DNA of 64,000 nucleotides from Schizochytrium sp. TIO01 (GCA_004764695.1 SMSO01000034.1:1984001-2048000), one strand, 5' to 3'. Positions 14,001 to 25,820 are shown, counted from the stretch's first letter. Notes: generated by a model from the letters alone, not told the origin. Translations and numbers: made by a program.

Positions 14001-14674
14001 AGCTGCTTGTTAGCCACCATCAAAGAATGGTATTGTGTGCCTCGACGGGTAATCATTCATGTTAGTGTATATATAATTAGACATGAAATGGTGTCATCAG
14101 ATCCATTGCCTCAACACACGAAATGTTACTTATCACTTACATGAGCCCAGACATTACTGTAGTCTCCATCAGTGCGTTTGCGAGAGCAACCCAATGATCA
14201 TTGCTAATATTAATGTTCTTGAGTCTATTCATCGAGAATTTCCTCCGAAACACCGAGAAAGAACAGCTTCCGTCAGTCATTATTTAATGATCGTCTACAA
14301 TGCCGCGCGAATACGGAATCTTTAACGAAAACTCACTTCAAGGTTGATTCCACACGATTTTCCTTGACTGCCTCAGTCAAGGCTTGCCAACCTTCGTTGC
14401 TAATTTGAACTCGTGCCCAATGGTACCCACTTAGTCTATTATATAAAAAAAAGAGATTTGGAATCATCAGCAAACTCAAAGTCAGCAACTCTTTCAAATC
14501 TGTATCCAGCACATGAATAAAGCACGCAAGTCGGGGAAGTCAAATTTTTACTAACTGGCTAGATATTCTTGGTCTGGTATTTCTGTGTCCAAAGATCTTC
14601 TCTTACTTTTACACTTACTCTATATTTTTGGTAACCGAACCTTCACGAAGCTTTCGGAGCGTCTGCTTGTTCAT
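11057..14674 (-). pseudogene. LRR gene A: 15 exons, 13 one-repeat LRR exons plus terminal RELRCIH domain; one in-frame TAG (pseudogene or skippable exon)
   Basis: Manual splice model, all introns GT-AG and phase 2. Exons: 14674-14619 (MNKQTLRKLREGSVTKNI), 14435-14337, 14224-14141, 14002-13919 (TAG at 13947-13945), 13740-13657, 13525-13445, 13318-13235 (LDDNTIGSKGCLALAEVLKVNETLRIL), 13101-13018, 12832-12749 (LGNNNIDNKGCAALADALKTNHTLTML), 12617-12534, 12414-12331, 12110-12027, 11798-11715, 11530-11444, 11378-11057. Total 1485 nt, divisible by 3. Confidence 0.85.
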
Positions 14675-15287
14675 TTCGCCAAAGAAGTCACAAGAGTGAT
14701 CTGAAATCATGTTTTCTCTAATCATTTTCGTCCCTCGTTCGTGCCTGGCGACGGTACTTTCAACAGTTGACTCCGAGAAGAACCTAAGAAAACTTCACTT
14801 AGTCTCCCGCCACCCGTTTCTACGCTACACGATCAGCGTGTAGTAGAAGCTCCCTGTGTATACTGCACTTCAAGAGCGCCCTCCCTCGCCGATCGTTCGT
14901 TCGAGCTTTGTCTCTTGTCAATCCTTGCTAAGCCAACGCTCGCGAAGAAAAGGGTCGCCGACTCGCAATCGTGTTGCTCGTCGCTGCTGATGTTGCTTAT
15001 GCTCCCTGCTCTCTGCTGCGCCACACTTGCTGTTCCGTCGTAAATAGTGATTTGATCAATCTCTGCAGCGACTTGGGTTCTGCATTCTTTTTCTGCACTT
15101 GAGTCCTTCATAACAATATCTACTAGGCCTATCTTTACCAAACTAGTTAATAACTTCTACTATAATATCTTTTGTAGTGATGTTTGCTCCAGACGTTCCA
15201 CTACCACTATCTTGTTGCACTACCATAGAAGTAAATAACAACCAATTTAAAACTGAGTATAAATAGAGTATGCACCAAGTCATCAGC

Positions 15288-15405
15288 ACATTCGATCATA
15301 CCACGCGGGTAACACCTCATCTCATTCGCACTGAGAAGTAAAGTCGCGTAGGGCCGGGTCAGTAGTATGATAGGGGACTGCATGCGAAGCCCCGGTGTTG
15401 AATGT
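15288..15405 (+). rRNA. 5S rRNA
   Basis: 118 nt ACATTCGATCATACCACG...GGTGTTGAATGT with pairing termini, box C-like AGTAGTATGATAGGGGACT and a following oligo-T Pol III terminator. Confidence 0.93.
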
Positions 15406-16663
15406 TTTTTTTTCCTTTATTTTTTACCGTTGCACTACAAGAGAGCAACTCCACGGTTGATATCACAATATTATTAAAAAATCATTTCATGAAAATAAAC
15501 CTGCCCGAAGAGGATTACAAGCACTGTAAGAACGGCAATTAGGCATCTACTCTCGGTCAAAGATGCTCCTCTTTTTGAAACTTTCCTTCCCTTCTTTCTG
15601 GCACACCTTTGGTCGCAGCCGCCAGTAGCTCTGATCGTTGAAAGCAACTCTCTGCTTTTTTCACATTGAAGCCGTGAAGCAAATATCCAACGACTCGACA
15701 CATCTTTAAAATCCGAAAATTGTCGACTTGCTCTCCATTCTCTCCCAAGCTTTCCCGATCTCAAGATAATCTATCATAGATCGCATCACAAACCTATTAC
15801 TATCTGATAGACAAAAACCTACTCCCGACAAGCAATTTATTTCTTGTATGACACAGTTACGAGTTTTCGTCGCTTCAAGACCTCACCAAAAACAACAAAA
15901 AGACTACAAGTTTTTGGCTCTTCTGTCTAATCGACCCCGATACAAGGACCTCTTCTTGCCTACTACTCGTTACACAAAACGCCATGACAATCGAAACTCG
16001 ACCTCCTTTTGCTCAACAAAACCCTACTCAATGCTATATATTATCAAACCAAAACAATAGCACCCATACACGATCACAAATGGATAGGGACCTTCCTACC
16101 ACGTTCTGTATTGTGTGTGACTTGGTAGAAGCACAACGCCTCCTCGTCTTTCTTCAAGAGCAGAATCCATTTTCACACCTTGCGCTCTCAGGAAAAAATT
16201 GACTCAACGGACCTTCGAAAACACTAGCAGCGCTTAACCTACGTATACAACCATGTATCATACCCAGCAACCTACTACTCTCGCCAAAGCCAGCCATCCT
16301 CGCAAACCCGTAACACGAGGCAGCGCGCACGCACGATATCCACGCCCCCGCGACCTCTCGCGCGCAACACCCCTTCACGCGTTCGTTACTCGTGACCGAG
16401 GCTTGGTCTGCAGAGGCAATTGCGAGGCATCGCAAGGAGTTCGCCCGTTCCTCCTTCTTTGCTGCAAAGAAGAAGGAGAAGAAGAAGAAGACAGAGCAGG
16501 AGTCTCCATTCCTGATCAGCAGCGCGAGCAAAGACTCAAACTACTCTCTCTCTCTCTCTCTCTTTCGAGCGCCAAAGCAAAGCGAAGACTAAGACAAGCA
16601 AAGTCAATCAACGCGATTGATCAATCCATCCATCAAAGGTGACACTCACTGCTGCAAAACACG

Positions 16664-19600
16664 ATGACTACGGCAAGCAAAATTGAGGACATCAGAGAAG
16701 ATACGACGGAGATTCGGTAGGTGCACGATGCAGAAGGGAGGAGACAGAAGAAGGAGGCATCGCGTCGTCGATGTGTTGTAGTAGTCAGCTTTGTAGAAGA
16801 AGAATAGTTTTGTACTAGTAGTGGCACTCATGAAGAAGTTGGAAATGGCATATACTTACTCTCACTTGTTCACAAACAAACAAACAAACACAGTCTTGGT
16901 GGGCACGACATTGGCTGGGAGGGCGCAAAGGCCGTCGCAAAGGCACTCGAGGGATGCAAGAACCTTCAACAATTGGAGTACGTTTGTGGAATCATCCACG
17001 AGGGAAAGCTATCGTAATAGTCAGGACCAAGCTTTTTCTTTCTTTCTTTTTAGTGCTTGGTGTTTGTAGACTGCTGGTACACTACCTAAGTAGTTTACGT
17101 AGTTGGGTACGCAAAGAAAGGCAAAGAAGTCTTTTCTATTTTACAAAGAGAAGAAGGAAATCTATATAATTTGATAGGCAGCAGCAGCAGCAAAAGAAGA
17201 GATGATTGCTATTTCTTGTGAGGAAAAACAAAACAAAACAGGATCAACTGACTGGACCTGTCTTTCCTGACAACGAATGAACAAAACAAACTTATTCATT
17301 TATACTCACAGTCTTGACAACAACAACATTGACGATGAGGGCGCAAAGGCCGTCGCAAAGGCACTCGAGGGATGCAAGAACCTGACTTATCTGAAGTACG
17401 TTTGTGGAATCATCCACGAGGGAAAGCTATCGTAATAGGCAAGACCAAGCTTTTTCTTTCTTTCTTTTTAGTACTTGGTGTTTGTAGTACTGCTGGTACA
17501 CTACCTAAGTAGTTTACGTAGTTGGGTAGGCAAAGAAAGGCAAAAAAGTCTTTTCTTTTTTACAAAAAGAAGAAGGAAATCTATAGAATTTGATAGGCAG
17601 CAGCAGCAGCAGAAGAAGAAGAAGAGCTGATTGCTTTTTATTGTGAGGAAAAACAAAACAAAACAAAACAGGATCAACTGACTGGACCTGCCTTTCCTGA
17701 CAACGAATGAACAAAACAAACTTATTCATTTATACTCACAGTCTTCGTAGCAACAACATTGGCTCGGAGGGCGCAAAGGCCGTCGCAAAGGCACTCGAGG
17801 GATGCAAGAACCTTCAAACTTTAAAGTACGTTTGTGGAATCATCCACGAGGGAAAGCTATCGTAATAGTCAGGACCAAGCTTTTTCTTTCTTTCTTTTCA
17901 GTGCTTGGTGTTTGTAGTACTGCTGGTACACTACCTAAGTAGTTTACGTAGTTGGGTACGCAAAGAAAGGCAATGAAGTCTTTTCTTTTTTACAAAGAGA
18001 AGAAGGAAATCTATATAATTTGATAGGCAGCAGCAGCAGCAGAAGAAGAAGAGCTGATTGCTTTTTATTGTGAGGTAAAACAAAACAAAACAGGATCAAC
18101 TGACTGGGACCTGTCTTTCCTGACAACGAATGAACAAAACAAACTTATTCATTTATACTCACAGTCTTCAGTGGAACCAAATTGGCTCGGAGGGCGCAAA
18201 GGCCGTCGCAAAGGCACTCGAGGGATGCAAGAACCTGACTCATCTGAAGTACGTTTGTGGAATCATCCACGAGGGAAAGCTATCGTAATAGTCAGGACCA
18301 AGCTTTTTCTTTCTTTCTTTTTAGTGCTTGGTGTTTGTAGTACTGCTGGTGTAGTTGGGTACGCAAAGAAAGGCAAAGAAGTCTTTTCTTTTTTACAAAG
18401 AGAAGAAGGAAATCTATAGAATTTGATAGGCAGCAGCAGCAGCAGAAGAAGAAGAAGAGCTGATTGCATATTATTGTGAGGAAAAAGAAAACAAAACAGG
18501 ATCAACTGACTGGACCTGTCTTTCCTGACAACGACTGAACAAAACAAACTTATTCATTTATACTCACAGTCTTTACAACAACAACATTGGCTCGGAGGGC
18601 GCAAAGGCCGTCGCAAAGGCACTCGAGGGATGCAAGAACCTTCAAACTTTAGAGTACGTTTGTGAAATCATCCACGAGGGAAAGCTATCGTAATAGTCAG
18701 GACCAAGCTTTTTCTTTCTTTCTTTTTAGTGCTTGGTGTTTGTAGTACTGCTGGTACACTACCTAAGTAGTTTACGTAGTTGGGTACGCAAAGAAAGGCA
18801 AAGAAGTCTTTTCTTTTTTACAAAGAGAAGAGGAAATCTATATAATTTGATAGGCAGGAGCAGCAGCAGCAGAAGAAGAAGAAATAGAGCTGATTGCTTT
18901 TTATTGTGAGGAAAAACAAAACAAAACAGGATCAACTGACTGGACCTGTCTTTCCTGACAACGAATGAACAAAACAAACTTATTCATTCATACTCACAGT
19001 CTCTCTGAGAACGACATTGGCCCGAAGGGCGCAAAGGCCGTCGCAAAGGCACTCGAGGGATGCAAGAACCTTCAACAATTGTAGTACGTTTGTGGAATCA
19101 TCCACGAGGGAAAGCTATCGTAATAGGCAGGACCAACCTTTTTCTTTCTTTCTTTTCAGTGGTTGGTGTTTGTAGTAGTGCTGGTACACTACCTAAGTAG
19201 TTTACGTAGTTGGCTACGCAAAGAAAGGCAAAGAAGTCTTTTCTTTTTTACAAACAGAAGAAGGAAGGGCAAAACGAAATCTATATAATTTGATAGGCAG
19301 CAGCACAAGATGAGGTGATTGCTTTTATTGTGCGGAAAACCAAAACAAAACAGGATCAACTGACTGGACCTGTCTCTCCTGACAACGAATGAACAAAACA
19401 AACTTATTCATTTATACTCACAGTCTTGGTGGGGGGGGTTGGGGGTGCAACAAGATTGGCTCGGAGGGCGCAAAGGCCGTCGCAAAGGCACTCGAGGGAT
19501 GCAACAACCTAACTCATCTGAAGTACGTTTGTGGAATCATTCACGAGGGAAAGCTATCGTAATAGTCAGGACCAAGCTTTTTCTTTCTTTCTTTTCAGTG

Positions 19601-22600
19601 CTTGGTGTTTGTAGTACTGCTGGTACACTACCTAAGTAGTTTACGTAGTTGGGTACGCAAAGAAAGGCAAAGAAGTCTTTTCTTTTTTACAAAGAGAAGA
19701 AGGAAATCTATATAATTTGATAGGCCGCAGCAGCAGAAGAAGAAGAAGAGGTGATTGCTTTTTATTGTGAGGAAAAACAAAACAAAACAGGATCAACTGA
19801 CTGGACCTGTCTTTCCTGACAACGAATGAACAAAACAAACTTATTCATTTATACTCACAGTCTTCGTAGCAACAACATTGGCGATGAGGGCGCAAAGGCC
19901 GTCGCAAAGGCACTCGAGGGATGCAAGAACCTGACTCATCTGAAGTACGTTTGTGGAATCATCCACGAGGGAAAGCTATCGTAATAGTCAGGACCAAGCT
20001 TTTTCTTTCTTTCTTTTTAGTGCTTGGTGTTTGTAGTACTGCTGGTGTAGTTGGGTACGCAAAGAAAGGCAAAGAAGTCTTTTCTTTTTTACAAAGAGAA
20101 GAAGGAAATCTATAGAATTTGATAGGCAGCAGCAGCAGCAGAAGAAGAAGAAGAGCTGATTGCATATTATTGTGAGGAAAAAGAAAACAAAACAGGATCA
20201 ACTGACTGGACCTGTCTTTCCTGACAACGACTGAACAAAACAAACTTATTCATTTATACTCACAGTCTTTACAACAACAACATTGGCTCGGAGGGCGCAA
20301 AGGCCGTCGCAAAGGCACTCGAGGGATGCAAGAACCTTCAAACTTTGTCGTACGTTTGTGGAATCATCCACGAGGGAAAGCTATCGTAATAGTCAGGACC
20401 AAGCTTTTTCTTTCTTTCTTTTTAGTGCTTGGTGTTTGTAGTACTGCTGGTACACTACCTAAGTAGTTTACGTAGTTGGGTACGCAAAGAAAGGCAAAGA
20501 AGTCTTTTCTTTTTTACAAAGAGAAGAAGGAAATCTATAGAATTTGATAGGCAGCAGCAGCAGAAGAAGAAGAGCTGATTGCTTTTTATTGTGAGGAAAT
20601 ACAAAACAAAACAGGATCAACTGACTGGAGCTGTCTATCCTGACAACGAATGAACAAAACAAACTTATTCATTTTTACTCACAGTCTTGGTTGCAACAAC
20701 ATTGGCTCAGAGGGCGCAAAGGCCGTCGCAAAGGCACTCGAGGGATGCAAGAACCTTCAAGAATTGTAGTACGTTTGTGGAATCATCCACGAGGGAAAGC
20801 TATCGTAATAGTCAGGACCAAGCTTTTTCTTTCTTTCTTTTCAGTGCTTGGTGCTTGTAGTACTGCTGGTACACTACCTAAGTAGTTTACGTAGTTGGGT
20901 ACGCAAAGAAAGGCAAAGAAGTCTTTTCTTTTTTACAAAGAGAAGAAGGAAATCTATATAATTTGATAGGCAGTAGCAGCAGCAGAAGAAGAAGAGGTGA
21001 TTGCTTTTTATTGTGAGGAAAAACAAAACAAAACAGGATCAACTGACTGGACCTGTCTTTCCTGACAACGAATGAACAAAACAAACTTATTCATTTATGC
21101 TCACAGTCTTTACTGGAACAAGATTGGCGATGAGGGCGCAAAGGCCGTCGCAAAGTATCTGCACAAAGCATGTCCTTCTATTAGAATCTAGTAAGTTTCG
21201 TTTGTTCTGCTGCTGATTCCAGCTTGTGCAGAGCCTTGCCTTCGCTGGTTCTCTCCATGTCTCCATATGGACTTTCGAGGCCGTCTTTAGATGCGTTCAT
21301 CGTTTTTCTAACAATCCCTTTTCTTCTCCTTCTTTCGTTCGTTCGTTTACAAAACGCAGCTGTGACATTTTGTCTGGAACCCCTAAAGAATTGTTCGAAA
21401 GGGTGTGTTCTCCTGGAGAGGACATTGCAGATTTCTCGTCAGAGCTCGATTCCTATGCTTCCATAGAGACTGCAGAAAGCGAGCCTTCTGCAGAGCCCAA
21501 GAACGAGCAAGATGGCGATGAGAGCGCCGGGCTTGCTACTTTGGATGGATCTGGGTAAGTTCATGCGGTCAGTCTTTGTTTGGGATCGTGTAATTATTCA
21601 TTCCACGAATTGTGTTATTGAGATAGAGGGTATCCTAACTTTTGCTTTTGCCTTTATTACTGGTTCAACACCATTTTGCTCGTTTGCTTACGTCTTCTTG
21701 TTCGCCTCAGAGAACGGCCGGATGGAGCGAGCGTGAGTTTCGCTGATGTGGTGCAGCTTGCCAAGAAAGTCTCGGACTTGCGCGCGGACCGAGGTGGGGT
21801 CAGAGGAAACTCCCTGCAGACTGGGATTGCCCTGCTTGAGGAATTCGTTCGACCGGCGATCCAGGGCTACTTTGGCCAAGTGAAGTTGCGACAGGTTTTC
21901 GCTGACATCAAGAACTCCAAAGAGAGTCTTGACGTGCTACAAGGCCAGATTCGTGCAAGCTCTGCTGATGGCTTGGCCAGCCTCATCGAAAAGCGGAACA
22001 CCGAACGGAGGTACCTGTATTCACTTTTGCAGGTTGTGTACCCATGGGTTCGCGCCAACCTTTGTGAAAGTGATGAGAGTGCAGTGCGAAAATTCAAAGT
22101 GAAAATTGAAAGTTTGGTAAGCGATCTAAAGATCAACCTTGCTCCAGTCGATGAAGAGACCATCGCAGATGACTTCAAACACTGCCAAGAACTCGTTATT
22201 CAGGCTGTCCAATGCGTGGAAGGGTACAAGAGGAGTGGAGAAGGCCAACCCAACAAAATTGGTGAACGAAGCCAACAAGCTGTAAAGAGCGTCATCTCTC
22301 GATTGTCTGAGCTAGGACTTGGTGATGGATTATCGGTTGCCCTGAGGACACCTGAGCAGGCCATGGAGCTAGAACCCGAGTTGTCTGAACTTGAAAGTGC
22401 TCTCAAGGAAGAGATTGATGTTCTACAAGGTGATACTTTTAGTGTCCAATTGTCCGAAATTCTTTGCGCGATAAGCTCAACATTTGCTCGATTTGAAGGA
22501 TACTCTGAAAGTTCTGCGTTGACTGACGCGAGCAAATGCACACCAACAGAGCTCTCTGAGCTGTATGACTATGTAGCACTGGGTTTGAAAGAACCAAATA

Positions 22601-24393
22601 TCATAGATGTTGAGGCATTATACCAGAAACTTGACAAGGCGAGGAAAGCTACAGAAAGTTTGAGGAGAATCAAAGAAGAACTTGAAACAGAAGAATTCGA
22701 TGAGGAAGAGCGATCATATTTTATAAATCGAATCAAGAAACAAGAGCTCATCCTCTCTCAAGGCAACCCAATATACCTTAGCAAAGCTTTTCGTCATAAG
22801 CTTGCTGAGACTCTGCAACACGCGCAGGAACATTATCCGGAGTTACTGCAAGATAGAGCCTGGCTGAAAAAGCTTCACGTAAGTGCAGAGGGTGTTTTTG
22901 AAGTAGCATGTTCTGACCTTTGGTTGCCGAATGTCACCGTCGCGGACTTCAAGCCTGTCGGCGAGCCCCTGTCCGTTGGAGGTGGCAAGAGAGTCCAGAA
23001 AGTATTTGATGGAGATGATAAAACTATGGTTCTCAAAGAGTTTCAGCTTGGACATCTAAGTCAATCTAAAACCTTCTACAGACAAGTTGCCAATCTGGGC
23101 AAAGTGGTGTCTCAGCACGTGATCCGTATCACTGGTGCTTTTGTGGACATGGCACATGGAGTACCGCGTGGTTGTATTATTATGCCTTTCTACGAGCAAG
23201 GTGACCTTGCCAAGTGGATTGAGAGTCATCCTAACGAAGGCAAAGCAGCGCGTGATCGACTTGCTGTTGGCCTACTTATCGGTGTGGCGGATTTACATAC
23301 CCACGGCATTGTGCATTGTGACATCAAACCAAAAAACATTTTTCTCACAAGCAACGGGACACCATTGATCGGCGACTTTGACGGCATCAAGAATGCAGAC
23401 TACACTGCAACTTACACATCACTTCAGGCAACGCCACCGTACGTTGCCCCCGAGTTGCAGAATGGGCCTGTAGATAGGTTTGAAACAGCGATGGACATGT
23501 ACTCTGTAGGCATCAGCTTAAAGGAGCTGTATCCTACTGAGCGAACCGCTGCAATGCAGAAACTTATCGATGCTCTTACAGCAACATACCCTGGGCAGCG
23601 TCCTACCGCTCGCCAAGCACTCCAACATGAAGCTTTTGGAGCTCCTAAGATCCCTGTCAAAATATGTCTAGTATGCAGGGAGGAGCATCTTCTTTCCGAC
23701 GGCACGAGCTGTGAGAGAGGGCACTTCCTTTGCCGAGACTGTATCGAAACTTCAGTAGAAAAAGCTGCGCAGCCACAGGCTTTTGTGACTATTGCTGATG
23801 ATGGGACAATGTCGTGTATTGAGCCTGGTTGTGATCGGGGAATCACGGGTCAAGAGTTGACTCGCCTTGCACCGAGGGCTTTGAATCATCTTTTGTTGAT
23901 TGCAAAGACGAGAGCAGAATGTGAAGCATCGGCCCAAGCTGAGAAAGAGACCCAAAAGCGCATAGCTGAAGCTTTACAAGTAGATGGTGACGTGCGGAGG
24001 CATTTACTGCACATAAAAGACAATATTTTGAACATGTTTTGTCCAAATTGTCATGTTTTCTTCTACGAATTTGATGCATGCTGTGCGGTAAAATGTGGTA
24101 ATGATACTTGTGGTCATCATTTTTGCGCTTGGTGTCTCGAGTATAGCTCTGAGAGCAGCGCTGCTTGCCATGATCATGTGCGTGAGTGCCCAAGAAATCT
24201 TACCAAGAAAAATAAAGTTTTCGCTGATTCAATCGAGCAGGTTCGTGAGGCATGGCGATTGCTACGCACAGAACGACTGTGCGAGTACTGGAATGAGAAT
24301 ATAAAAGACGAAAATCTTCAGGATGCTCTCAGACAGCAGCTTGTGCCTCTGCTAACGCCAGACATCGTTGACCCAGGATTTGGACTATGGTAA
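16664..24393 (+). CDS. LRR gene B: 14-exon, 1289-aa protein; RI-like LRR x11 - helical region - Ser/Thr-type kinase - RING - Rcat(RING2)-like domain
   Basis: Exons 16664-16716 (MTTASKIEDIREDTTEI), 16894-16977, 17312-17395, 17742-17825, 18165-18248, 18570-18653, 19000-19083, 19424-19522, 19861-19944, 20266-20349, 20685-20768, 21107-21190, 21360-21554, 21711-24393. All introns GT-AG, phase 2; total 3870 nt with no internal stop. Kinase motifs VLKE, HCDIKPKN, GDFDG, YVAPE, DMYSVG; RING CLVC..CERGHFLCRDC..CIEPGC; Rcat-like CPNC-x9-CCAVKC..CGHHFCAWC. Confidence 0.9.
16894..21190 (+). repeat. Tandem exon-intron array, ~405-440 bp unit, 11 LRR exons
   Basis: Unit = CACAG|T CTT-x-x-AAC-x-ATT GGC-x-GAG GGC GCA AAG GCC GTC GCA AAG GCA CTC GAG GGA TGC AAG AAC CTx-x-x-xTx-NN|GTACGT plus a near-identical ~320-345 nt intron carrying (GCA)n(GAA)n. 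Confidence 0.95.
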
Positions 24394-25820
24394 CTTCAAA
24401 AAGATAAGCTGTATTAACTAATCTTTGGGTACATTGTTTTGTGTAGTTGCCTAAGCTTAGGTTAGAGCAAGGTTTTCATTGTTTTCCTTGAAGTGAACTT
24501 GACAACTATGAAGCAGATCTCTTACTAGCTCAATCTCTCTGACTCTTGGATACGCTTCTATGATCTTCTCTTGTCAAATTCAAAACGCACCATTGTCCTT
24601 CAGTACGTTATATCTCCTTAATATTGAACTTTACGACTTATTCTCTGCTTTCAGTCTTTCCCGGGGACATCGCTTACTCTATAAGACCATACAGCCCCTC
24701 ATGGCTCCATCCTGTCATCAGAGCGACTGGCTAATCCTGAGCTTTTGAACCTGCTCCTGTACGTTTCCTAAAACTATGTGACGCCGAAGCATTCGTAATA
24801 CGTTACTACTTCGAGCAGATATTTCATTCATCAAAGGCAATTGTAGGACTATAACACAATTCACAGATTACGAAGTCTTTCCTACTGTAGAGACTAAGGT
24901 AATTCAATTTCATATTAAACAGTTTATTAACCTATCTTTCAGCAACTTTGGGAGGGCTGAGTCCACCTGGTCGTACAGCTTTTGATAAACTCGTCCCTGT
25001 CGAGTTGAATTGACGGCCAGAATACATCGCAGTAATGTCAAGCCTTGATTGATTATATGGCGTTCATTCGTCTAGAATACGTGTTACCTTTACGCAACCA
25101 AGCTCGCTTCTTCCGACTTGAAGTTCATTAATAATAGTAAAGTGTCTTTGTATTGAGTGTGCAAGAGCCGTATTGCCATGCTAGAATATGTGAGAAGACA
25201 CACTTCGCTGGCATTGCAAAGCCTAACATTTACTTACAGTCCAGCTCGCATCAACGCTAGACACAGCCGCATCGAAGATATCGCATGGCAGATGGGTGAG
25301 TTCTTGTGCATGGCAATCCTTAGATGTTATTGAGATTGGAAATTATTAAGAAGGTTGAAGTTGTGATTTTACTGGCGATTACAGTTTGGGTACGTCAAGT
25401 ACTAAGCTGGATCATTAATTGTCATGCGTGCTTCCTTAAACTCTTTTGATTATTCCGTTACATCGATTACATTCAACAAATGATAAGACTGACACAAGTT
25501 AAACTATCTGCTGGAGTAGATAGGTTGTGATTTCCTCCTAAACTCTACAAAATCACACAATTAGAATTGAATAATTCAAATACTGAGAGTATAGGCACTT
25601 ATTTTCTCATTCTTTTCTCCTTTTCTACTTTTATTAAATTGACAACAAACACGCACACTTCAGACCGTGGCGTTGCCTCACCCGACTATCTTTAATTCCA
25701 TAGGCTTCAAATTGCCCGGATTGGGTCTACAAGTGGTCAGAAAGGTGTTTAACAAGCATGGTCTTGCTGCTTGTCTGCAAGAGCTTGGCCAACGAGGTCA
25801 GCAGTCGAAGGCAACAATTT

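Noticed and set aside
16894-21190. CRISPR-like or diversity-generating-retroelement-like appearance (constant repeats with short variable segments)
   Set aside because: Units are ~420 bp with spliceosomal GT-AG signals and codon-structured variation. There are no cas genes, no DGR-type RT, and the variation is not adenine-specific. The locus is eukaryotic.
21676-21710. ORF-track start of the 905-aa protein
   Set aside because: Non-ATG start inside a pyrimidine-rich intron end; the acceptor CCTCAG at 21710 gives an in-phase junction to the upstream exons.
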